Shown one piece after another: positions 1 to 10,587 of a stretch of DNA of 64,000 bases (the first letter of the stretch is position 1; each line of letters starts with the position of its first letter). The stretch is from Fistulifera solaris (Eukaryota), in NCBI GenBank assembly GCA_030295235.1, contig AP026139.1, positions 434,001-498,000 on the forward strand. The letters are read 5' to 3'. A program made the position numbers and the translations under genes. The notes beneath the pieces were generated by a model. The model saw only the letters and a program-made list of their open reading frames with translations, did not search any database and had not been told where the DNA came from.

Positions 1-210
1 GCACGCGAACTACGGCGTTGATTTCATTAATGCCTGCAAAACAATTAAGGAAGAGTGTCCGTACGTGAAGATCAGCGGTGGTATCTCGAATCTTTCGTTC
101 GGCTTCCGTGGTGTGACGAAGATTCGGGAGTCGATTCACGCCGTGTTTCTGCACCACGCCATTTTGGAATCCGGCATGGATGTCGGTATCGTCAACGCAA
201 AAGAGATGCT
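1..210 (+). repeat. Exact direct repeat of 2342-2551 inside METH
   Basis: By-eye comparison: 1-210 is identical to 2342-2551 (offset 2341), and the copies diverge immediately after aagagatgct. Confidence 0.95.
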
Positions 211-3200
211 TGCGATTGACGCGCTGGAACCTGACATGCTTGAATTATGCGAGAATCTAGTTTTCAATAAGACTGAGGACGCTACGGACGAAATGTTGGA
301 ACGTACCGCCTACGAACGAGCCGTTATTGATGCCCAAAAGAAAGGACTACCTCCTCCCCGAAAGCCTCGAGGCAAGGTTGTGAACAAACCTAGAATGATG
401 TTCAGCTATGACAACGTCGAACCTTCGCCTGCGACAGAGCCCCCGAGACCGACGTCCGAAGCCGCTCAGAATTATATTCCCAACTCGTATCGAAATTCCA
501 AGTTGTCGCATGCCAGCATCCAAGCCATTCGTGACAAAAGCACGCTCTCGCCTGATTTGCGAAGCCAGATCGACTATCAGCAGAGTGAAGGATTGTATCC
601 GGCTTCGTTTCCGCACTATGTGAGAGGACGGGACAGTTTGCGCAAACACATCACCCAGCTCTTCACCAGCCGAATCGCCATTTATGACGGTGCGATGGGA
701 ACGATGATCCAAAATTATGCCAAGAAGAACAAACTGGAAGAGGACGAGTACCGCGGAGAACGTTTCAAGGACTGGAAGTGCAACGTGAAAGGTAACAATG
801 ATATGCTGAGCATCACTCAGCCGCACATCATTCAGGGAATCTACCGCCAGTACCTCGAAGAGGGAGGATCAGACTTGATCGGCACCAATACGTTCTCGTC
901 AACGACCATCGCCATGGCCGACTACGAGATGGAGGCGTACGCATATGAATTGAACTACTGGGGTGCCCGTTTGGCCCGCGAGGTTTGTGACGAAGTGACC
1001 GCCAGAGACCCCGCCAAGCCGCGTTTCGTGGTTGGTGCGATTGGCCCTACGAACCGCACTGGTTCGATTTCTCCGTCTGTTGAAGACCCGTCCGCCCGGA
1101 ACGTGACATTTGACGAGTTGGTGGAGACGTATTTCGAGCAGGTGGTCGGGTTGATGGACGGCGGTGCCGACATTTTGATGGTAGAGACCATCTTCGACAC
1201 GCTGAATGCCAAGGCTGCGTTATATGCGATTGGGGAGTACTTGGAGTTCAGCGGCTTGGATATTCCTGTCTTTGTGTCTGGTACTCTCGTTGATCAGTCG
1301 GGCCGCACGCTTTCGGGTCAAACCGGCGAGGCGTTCTACGCCTCGATCCGCCACGCCAAGCCGATGTGCGTGGGATTGAACTGCGCCCTTGGTGCCCAAC
1401 ACATGACCCCGTTTGTGGAACGATTGGCCGGTTGCGTCGAGTGCTTTATGCACGTTTGTAAGTATATAGAAATGGGAATAGTGCAGGCCTAAACGATTTT
1501 CGCTTGTCTGACTCGTTTGGACTTCTTCTCATTCAGACTCTAACGCCGGTCTTCCGAATGCAATGGGTGGATATGACGACTCTCCCGAAACAATGGCGGA
1601 ACAGAATCGGTTGTTCTTTGAGAATGGTTGGTTAAATATGGTCGGCGGTTGTTGTGGGTCTACCCCGCCTCACATCAGGGCTATTCGTGAGGTCTCGGAG
1701 GGCTACGAACCGCGAAAGCTTCCGGATGTCGGTCGTCCCAAGATGTGGCTGTCGGGCCTGGAGGACATGAAGGTAGAGGACGTGCACAACCACCTCGGTC
1801 TTCCGTTCTTGAATGTTGGCGAGCGCTGCAACATCGCGGGCTCGATCAAGTTCAAGAAGTTGATGATGGCGGGGGACTACGGTGCTGCGATGGACATTGC
1901 CAAGCAGCAGGTCGAGGACGGTGCGCACGTAATTGACATTAACGTTGACGACGGCATGCTGGATGGTCTGACAGCTATGCAAAAGTTTGTCAAGATTGCA
2001 GTGACGGAGCCTGAGGTAGCGAAAGTCCCGTTCATGTTGGATGCCTCGAAGTTCGAGATTGTGTTGGCCGGCTTGAAGTGGTGCCAGGGCAAGCCCATCG
2101 TGAACTCTATTTCGCTGAAAGTCGGCGAAGAGATGTTTATTGAGCACGCGACGCTGCTGAAGAAACATGGTGCGGCTGTTGTTGTGATGGCGTTCGACGA
2201 GGAAGGTCAGGCTGCGACAGAATCGGAGAAGGTCCGCATTTGCAAGCGTTCTTACGATATCTTGGTGAACAAGGTCAAGTTCCCACCTGAGGACATTATT
2301 TTCGATCCGAATGTGTTAACGATTGGTACTGGCATGGAAGAGCACGCGAACTACGGCGTTGATTTCATTAATGCCTGCAAAACAATTAAGGAAGAGTGTC
2401 CGTACGTGAAGATCAGCGGTGGTATCTCGAATCTTTCGTTCGGCTTCCGTGGTGTGACGAAGATTCGGGAGTCGATTCACGCCGTGTTTCTGCACCACGC
2501 CATTTTGGAATCCGGCATGGATGTCGGTATCGTCAACGCAAAAGAGATGCTAATGATCGAGGAAGTCGAGCCTGAACTCTTGAAGGCTTCCGAGAATTTA
2601 GTTTTCAATAAGAGCGAAGATGCAACTGAAGTTATGCTTGAGCTTACTCGAAAAGAAAAGGAGAGATTCGAAGCATTCAAAGCCGGTGGTGGTGTTACAA
2701 AGACGAATGAAGCATCATGGCGTGACCAAGACGCTGTGAAGAGGCTCGAGCATGCTCTTATCAATGGGATTTCCGAGTTCGTTGATCAAGACGTCGAAGA
2801 AGCCCGCCAGAAGTGCTCCAAACCACTTGATGTCATTGAAGGTCCGCTCATGGACGGAATGAATATTGTCGGAGACCTTTTCGGAGCAGGGAAAATGTTT
2901 TTGCCTCAAGTTATCAAGTCAGCTCGTGTTATGAAGAAGGCCGTGGCGTACTTGTTACCATTTATGGATGAAGAAAAGAGGCAAAACTTGATTGCTCAAG
3001 GACTAAATCCTGATGACTTCGACCAGAACGATGATTCAAATTACGCCGGAAAAGTTCTGATGGCAACGGTGAAAGGCGATGTTCATGATATCGGCAAAAA
3101 TATTGTCGCAGTTGTTCTCGGCTGTAATAATTTCAAAGTCTATGATATTGGCGTGATGTGTTCATGCGAACTTATTCTCGAGAAAGCAAAGGAATACGAC

Positions 3201-4611
3201 GTGGATGTTATCGGATTGTCAGGCTTGATTACGCCTTCCTTGGATGAAATGGTCGTTGTGGCCAAGGAGCTTTCCAAGGGCGGTTTCAAGCAACCTCTGT
3301 TGATTGGTGGTGCCACGACATCCAAAATGCATACTGCTGTAAAGATTGCTCCTAATTACTCCTCCGCAGAACATCCAGTGATCCATGTGCTGGATGCCTC
3401 TCGCTCTGTTACGGTGGTGTCATCACTTCTTGGTAACGCTAAGGAAGACTACGTGGCTGACATACATGAAGAGTACGAGGAAATGCGCGAAGATTACTAC
3501 GCTGGTCTTGAGGACAGATATTTCTTAACGTTCGAGCAAGCAAAACAACAAAAATTCATGATCGATTTCGAGAAATCACCCCTGCTTCGCAGCCAAAGCA
3601 AATCGGTACAACCTTGATAGACAAAGTGAAGCTATCAGACGTCGTTCCGTACATTGACTGGGTAAGGAGAACCGGGCGATAGATGTAGAGCTTGTTTGTT
3701 CATTAAATCGTATCTCACTGTTTTACGCTTTTTTTACAAACAGAATCCTTTCTTCCAAACCTGGGAATTGCGTGGACGATATCCTAATCGTGGATATCCG
3801 AAGATTTTCAACGATGAAGCTGTAGGCAAAGAAGCGAAGAAGCTTTTTGATGATGCTCAATCAATGATGAAGGAAATCATAGCAGATGGAAGCATGTGGT
3901 TAACTGGTGTTGTTGGGCTCTACCCGGCAAATCGCTCGGACGATGGCGAGGATGTCGAAGTGTACGAAAACGAAGCAGACAGAGAGACAGGAACACCTAA
4001 AGCGAGATTCTGCATGTTGCGGCAGCAAGCTGAGAAAGAATCGGACGATCCGTACTTCTCTCAAGCTGACTTTGTAGCTCCAAGAGGAATGAAAGATCAC
4101 CTGGGAATGTTTGCCGTTTCCTGTCTAGGCTGCGACGCTCTTGTTGACAAATATGAAAAGAGCAATGACGATTATTCCAAGATCATGGCCCAGGCCCTGG
4201 CTGATCGATTTGTCGAAGCCTTTGCTGAATATCTTCATCGAGAGATCCGTGTCAACATGTGGGGCTACGCACCGGACGAAAAGTTGAATGAAGCCGATTT
4301 GTTGAAGATCAAGTACGATGGAATTCGTCCTGCCCCTGGATATCCCTCCCAGCCGGATCACACAGAGAAAACCACAATGTGGGAGCTCATCAAAGCTAAG
4401 GAACTGGCAGGGATCGAACTTTCCGAATCTTTGAGCATGATGCCGGCTAGTTCTGTTTCAGCTCTGGTTTTCGCTCACCCCCAAGCGGAATACTTTGCTG
4501 TCGGCCAGGTGGGCAAAGATCAAGTCGTCAGTTACGCCGAACGCAAGAATATGAAGCTGGATGTTTGTGAGCGATGGCTGTCTCCCCATCTTGAACTATG
4601 AGCGAGAATAA
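1..4611 (+). CDS. METH: Cobalamin-dependent methionine synthase with internally duplicated substrate-binding module (5' end outside window)
   Basis: Hcy domain ([21 protein letters not shown]), pterin domain (NVGERCN, DINVDDG), B12 motif [10 protein letters not shown] and activation domain (GIRPAPGYP). Intron 1458-1536 joins HVY/SNAGLPN and intron 3662-3743 joins YIDW/NPFF. Single-base homopolymer indels at ~3580 and ~4585; corrected end SPILNYERE*. Confidence 0.96.
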
Positions 4612-4715
4612 GGATGAAACAACCAAATTTAACCAAATCAAAAAGAAAATAGCTTTAACATCCTATATGTTTCGTAGGCCTCGCCGTCATTCAGTCGAAT
4701 GAACTTCCTTTCGAA

Positions 4716-4996
4716 TCAAGGACATATCGGCTCACCGCATTCGTATCCACGTCCGTAGAAGAACCGCACCCATCGTGTGCATTGAATCACTCCTTGGGCA
4801 CCACACGGATCGTCCGGATCGTACATATGAAATTTGTTGAAAAGAAATCCTTCTTCGCAAATGTCTTCTTTTCACAAACGCGGGTCGCCGAGACGAACGT
4901 CATGCAGAATAGAAAGAATAAGAAATACTTGAGCACTGCAAAAAATGAGGCAGGAGTCCGACAGGTGAGACACTCTTTGCGGAGAACGCGAATCAT
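4716..4996 (-). CDS. Small secreted cysteine-rich protein (one frameshift)
   Basis: Hydrophobic signal-like N-terminus (FFAVLKYFLFFLFCMTFVSA). Adding one A to the run at 4869-4872 gives the mature part TRVCEKEDICEEGFLFNKFHMYDPDDPCGAQGVIQCTRWVRFFYGRGYECGEPICP* with 6 Cys. Confidence 0.65.
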
Positions 4997-5825
4997 CCCT
5001 TCCGCCAGACTTACTGTTCCTTTTGTGATAAAACAAAATGAATTTAATCTGCGACGTTTCTTGATTGGAAATTCAAATCCCCGGAGCGAAAGACAGTAAT
5101 GAACGTATCTTCTTTCGACGTCAACACCAAGCTTCACTGGGGGGCACTTTTTGTGTTTTTGTTGCATGTGGATTATTTTATGGCTGCGCCATTTGCCATT
5201 TTCCATTTGGGAAACTGCACAGAGAAAAATCTGCAACGGAAAGTCTGCTACCCGAAATGCCTATACTTTGAAAGCGGCGGACGTACGGCTATGCAGTACG
5301 CAGTATAGTAATATGCAATTTGAACACATACATTACGATCGTTGAAGGTCTTACTGTACCACGCTAAGGTTTTAGAGGACGCTCTCTAGCCTACAATCTT
5401 GCTCTAGAAAGGAGCCATTATTTCGTCATAATGCGACCAGGTATAGTTTTTTTGCCTCAAGCAACTGCCTACGCTTTGCTTGTCAACATCGAGGGCAAAG
5501 CATTTAATAAAAGAGAACATTGGACATCATTTTCTGCCTAAAGGAAGAATAAGAAACCCTATCACAGAAATGCCGGTTATAGAATTCACCGATAGCATTC
5601 ACAAAAATTTTCCTTCTTTCACCATGTGACTTAAAACTTAAGATGCTCTATTAAAAACAATCGATGACTCATCACGTAGAGTCAAGTAGTCGAATTTCAA
5701 TCCGTTCTTGCTCACGTCGATGCAAACGTCTCCATAATTAATGCGCTGCTCCGCTATCGAGTCGGAGACAGAGGTCTAAAAAGCAGTTTGATTTGAAATA
5801 AAAATGAAAGCACAACTTCTTCCGC

Positions 5826-6243
5826 TCAAGCCATTTCGACGGTACTAACTCGATCAAAAATCGGACCGTCCTTATCTTCGTTTTCACTCGCCACACGGTT
5901 CGCGAGTGCGTATAATTGCCTGGCACGTAACAACCATCGGACCGCGATCAAGAAGGCGAAAAAGGATAGAGACGTAAGGGGGTGAGCCGCAGATACACCC
6001 ATCCGCGCACTGGGGTAAAAAGACGGCAAAGATGGTCAGGACCAGAATGAATTTGAAAGTTCCAATGACAGTGAAAAATTGTGCCGCCAATTGCGGGGCA
6101 CCATCCAGTCGAGACTTGAGACAACAAATGTAGAAAGATGTCGCAATAGCGGTAAAAGAAAAGGATGCGATGCAGGCAAAGTTGTAATTGTCGACTTGCA
6201 TCGACCAATCGGCCGAACAAGTCAAAGAATTGGATTGGCGCAT
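5826..6243 (-). CDS. Small hypothetical multi-pass membrane protein (frameshifted near 5960-5985)
   Basis: ORFs 5884..6243 and 5826..6029 join into about 3 hydrophobic segments plus a hydrophilic tail (ASENEDKDGPIFDRVSTVEMA). Confidence 0.5.
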
Positions 6244-6707
6244 TCGGATGAGATCGAGAGTTCTTTAAAATGAATCAAGAAAATGCCTGATCGCCTGTAA
6301 GCCGTTCTTTGTGATTTCCTTTTGGTTGAAGAAATGAGTTGAGTGAATTCTTTATGCTGTAAGAGCATATCGTTTCATTTGCAATGGGTGTTTTGTGTTT
6401 CGTGTGAAAAAATCAGCCTGGCCTGCGGGCGTGATGACGTTTTTTAGAGTTTAGACATGTGACACCACAATCTCATACCGGTACAAGTACAAGTGTCACA
6501 ACTCACTACACTCGACACACGACACACACAAGTCTCCTTGATGACATTATTTATTCCGTATTTATTCGTTCTTCCTATTTGCAATAATTTGCATTTACAC
6601 GACGACTTCTTAACCACCAAAGGACGCTAGCTTCCAATTGCTTTGCGGCCCCGTTTATGCTTTTTGAAACGACATAAAATTTGAGAACAAAAGACGTTGC
6701 TTTTCTC

Positions 6708-7599
6708 ATGAGCCAGGCCGCTTCGCTACCTCACAACTCTATTCAAGCCGAACGAGTGGATGACTGGTGAGTCTACAAGGATTCTGATAAACCGTCGGCT
6801 GTTCTGCAGCTCTCACAAAACGTTATATGATACAGCTACTGCTGTCCTTATGGAAGCTCGCACGCACTTCCGGGGATTCTTTCCGGATTCGCTCTCTTTT
6901 TTACCCTCGCCGTCTCCGGAGGCTGTACGTTTCTTCGTCTTTCTGACGCCGCACCCATTGACGAGTTATTCAACAACAATCCTGCCGGTACCATTGGTGC
7001 CGGAATATGGCTTTTTGAGGATGTGAATGCCGTCGGTACAGAAGCCACGACGTGTGTCGAATACCCGGAATTCTTTCCGACCGACACAGCGTTTCAATTT
7101 ACGAGATTTTTTTCAACATTGTCGTCCTTTGGAGGAACCGCCTTGTTTGTAATGTTAATGATTGCGGCCTGTCGCGATTTTTCGAAATCAAAGTACTTGA
7201 TGGTCGTCGCCACCGGATTCTTTGCCGTGTCGTTGATTTGCATGCTACAACTGGTAAGTTGGGGGTAAGCGTTACAGACAAACTCTTTATGCGAGGCCTC
7301 ATAGATTCGATTTTTTTTCCTTCGCGGTAAAGATACTGCTGGCATCCGACCTTTGTCAAAAAGCATCGACTTGTGAAATGGGCGGGAACGCAAAATTGAT
7401 CATTGTTACATCGTTACTGTGGATGCTCGCCGGAGGCATGACGGCAAAAATGAAACGAAAACCTTTGCCGAATCGAACGGACGCGACAATGGAACTTCCT
7501 CCACCTTCTGATGATCGAAGTACCGCATTGACCGAAGCAGACCTCGAAGAAGAGATGGTTGTATCCAATTCACAACCAAACACACATAATTTAACTTGA
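6708..7599 (+). CDS. Claudin/PMP22-like four-TM membrane protein, 3 exons
   Basis: Introns 6767-6835 and 7254-7332 give an intact frame: TM1 (GILSGFALFFTLAVSGGC), loop with GIW and Cys, TM2-3, C..C loop, TM4 and an acidic tail. Confidence 0.7.
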
Positions 7600-7741
7600 T
7601 GATTGAACTTAGAGCTCATTACACATGCTATCATAGATGAACGAAAGGTCACTTTGGCTGATATTGTTCCCCCCCCCCCCCCCCCAGTTAGATTAGAAGC
7701 TAAAATAATAAATACTTAGTATCCTTTTCGCTCGAGACTGT

Positions 7742-7785
7742 CAGTTGGTGTTGTGACATGCACCAGTTGGTGTTGTGACATGCAC
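7742..7785. repeat. 22-bp tandem duplication upstream of OLA1
   Basis: cagttggtgttgtgacatgcac x2; a poly-C run lies at 7668-7685. Confidence 0.9.
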
Positions 7786-7980
7786 CGGTACTCTGGAGCG
7801 GACGCCTCACGTACCCGTTTCTGTGATCAGAGCCGTCCGTTTGCCGTTTCGCGCCGATAAGAAAGACACAAACAATTCAATGCTAGGAGCAAGAGAGAAT
7901 CAAGGAAAGCAATAAACGGATAACTTATACAATACAATCAACGCGACTTTATATCAGAATTATATATTTTGAAGTGAAAT

Positions 7981-9408
7981 ATGGTGAAAAAGGAAAGAAA
8001 GATGCCGAAGATCTCGGAGCTATGCGGGCTGCTCGCTTTGGCCGAGTCAAAAATACTCTCTCCATGGGATTTGGTGAGTTTCTATATAGGTCGCCCGTCG
8101 CATCTGTTCAATATTACTGTAGCTCATTCTTTCATCAATTTTTCCCTACAGTCGGTCTCCCCAATGTCGGAAAATCCAGTCTCACCAATCTCTTGGCCGG
8201 TGCCAATCACGCCGAAGCCGCCAATTATCCCTTCTGTACCATTGACCCCAATGTGGTACAGTGCGTCGTACCGGATCAGAAATTCCGCTACTTGGTGGAT
8301 GTCTGGAAACCACCATCGGTGGTGCCTGCCATGCTCAAAGTTACCGATATTGCGGGATTGATTCGGGGCGCCAGTGAAGGAGCTGGTTTGGGAAACGCCT
8401 TTTTGTCGCACATTGCGGCCGTGGATGGGATCTTTCACTTAATTCGGGCCTTTGAGAGTGATGAAGTCATTCATGTTGATGATTCCGTCGATCCTGTCCG
8501 AGACTTGGAAACCATTCAGGGTGAATTGTGTGCCAAAGACAAGGAAACACTCACCAAAGTCATGGAAAAGAAAAGGAACGCGTGCGCAAAGAGAAGGGAC
8601 TTTCCCGTTCCGCCGATGTTCCCTTGGCCGAAAGCTTCCTGGAGGCCTATGCCAAGTGCGAAAAGCTGATCAATGATAATATTCCGGTACAAACGCATGA
8701 AGATTTCTCTTTAGCAGAAGTGGAATGCATCAAAGACTGGGGTCTGATTACCACCAAGCCAATGATCTATGTAGTCAACTTGTCACAAAAAAACTTTATC
8801 CGGAAAGGCAGCAAGTTCCTTCCCAAAAATCAATCAATGGGTCAAAGAACATGGTGGTGGACAAATCATTCCCGTCTCGTGTGAGTTTGAAGAAACGTTA
8901 CAAGGTATGCAAGATGACCCGGCACAACAAAAAGGTACGTGGGCCCGTGTTGGACATGACAACGTTTTTGTGGATTGGTTTTCATAACACACATATTATT
9001 TAAATAGCCTTCTTGCAACAGTGCACAGAAGAGGCCGAAGCGGCCGGTTTGAAAGGCCCCCAAGCCGAAGTCAAATCAATGATTCCGCGTTTGATCCGAG
9101 CCGGCCGACAAGCACTTTGCTTGCAATCGTTTTACACGGCCGGTCCCAAGGAGGTCCGCGCCTGGACCATTATGCAAGGAACACTGGCACCCCAAGCGGC
9201 GGGAGTCATTCATACGGACTTTGAACGTGGCTTTATCAAGGCCGAAGTCTGTGCCTTTGATGACTTCAAGGCATTGCATCAGGGACAGGCGAGTATGGCG
9301 AAAATAAAGGAAGCTGGCAAATACCGACAAGAAGGCAAAACGTATGCCATGCAAGAAGGTGATATTGTCGTGTTCATGCACAATGTGACTACGGCGAAAA
9401 AGAAGTAA
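7981..9408 (+). CDS. OLA1: Obg-like ATPase OLA1/YchF
   Basis: GLPNVGKS, ANYPFCTIDPN, DIAGLIRGASEGAGLGNAFL and TGS-domain APQAAGVIHTDFERGFI. Introns 8074-8151 and 8935-9007; homopolymer frameshifts at ~7990, ~8575 and ~8830. Confidence 0.95.
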
Positions 9409-9648
9409 TTATTGAATCATTAAAATTTGAGTTTACAAAATAGCATTGGTTTCCTCTTCATCGTAAACGTTCGAGTCGTAACTACATATTGAATTCGATC
9501 TTCGAAAATGAAGCTCAATGATTTAAAGTCTTTCATCTTCTTGAAAATGCAATCTTTGTGTGCTGATCAAAAGTGCTATGTTGTCTCGCTTCGCAACCAT
9601 GTGTCCTACTTGAGAAATAAGCACCGCCTCCTTTTGATCTTACTCGAA

Positions 9649-10050
9649 TCAATCCGCTTGAATGCGAAAAGCCCATCGATACAATCTCCGATACCACACA
9701 TTCTTTCGTTCCCGTTCAAGTCGTCGTTCTTCTAAAATCTCGTGCGGTCGTTTGATCCGCTTCGTATTATCAAAATCTTTTGCCACAATTTTGTTTAATC
9801 GCTCCATCATTTCGTCGTGTTCTGTCTGGAGGGCCGCTTGCCGCAACGATTGAGAAGTTTTTCCTTGTGCCGTTTCCATTTCTTTTAATTTTCCCTGCAA
9901 AGCGCGACTGACCACCCACGCGCCCAGGATGGAAAAGAGAACAAACGGCAATCCGGCACGCATCATCTCGTTCGTATTGCTGCGTCGATCGGAGAACGAA
10001 CGAATGTGCCGGTGAGTATATTGTTGTAAGGCGCGTTTGGCGAATAGCAT
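9649..10050 (-). CDS. COX16: Cytochrome c oxidase assembly factor COX16-like
   Basis: Basic mitochondrial-type presequence, GLPF-TM helix, then E..(E)..L...D.DN.KRI.RP pattern. Confidence 0.75.
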   Translation of the reverse strand: MLFAKRALQQYTHRHIRSFSDRRSNTNEMMRAGLPFVLFSILGAWVVSRALQGKLKEMETAQGKTSQSLRQAALQTEHDEMMERLNKIVAKDFDNTKRIKRPHEILEERRLERERKNVWYRRLYRWAFRIQAD

Positions 10051-10587
10051 TCTTCCTTTCTGTATGAGGCAACTACTAGCTAAATGACAATCACTTTTAT
10101 TCCTTGGTTAGTTCTCTGTTTTCTATTCTCCGTATCATCGTTCGTCAATCGATAAACGACTACGAATGATGTTTTATGAGTTATGAAAAAAAGGTTCGAG
10201 CTGCGTGACGCGCAATCGGCGGACGGACGGACGCTCGATTTCGTACGTACGGCGTACGTTGGCGGCAAAAGATTTCTCCAACTATGATAGTTCAAGTAGA
10301 CAGGGAGAGTTATCTCGTGGCGTAACAGCGTCGTACTCATTTGGTCCGAACACACTTTAAATACCGATGACTTCCATTCTAGATCATTGTGCTTCTTGCA
10401 ATGATGAGTTGTTGTCAATGATGTTGCTTTCTCATGCGTTGCATTCACCTCTTCAAGGAGTTTTGACTTTCAACAACTGACTTCGGAAGGGTTGATTCTT
10501 CATTCTAGGAATCACCCAGAAAAACATATATTGGGTGAATTATCGTTGGGGAAAGAACTTTTGAAGTTGACGCAATAATATCCGCAA

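Noticed and set aside
347..3325. Long antisense ORFs within METH (and similar ones inside other genes)
   Set aside because: Expected shadow ORFs of GC-rich coding sequence with no independent motifs.
4612..4715. Cobalamin or other riboswitch beside METH
   Set aside because: Short shared 3' region with no B12-box or TPP consensus visible.
7742..7785. Direct repeat as a CRISPR array or target-site duplication
   Set aside because: Only two adjacent units, no spacer, eukaryotic context and no cas or transposase gene.
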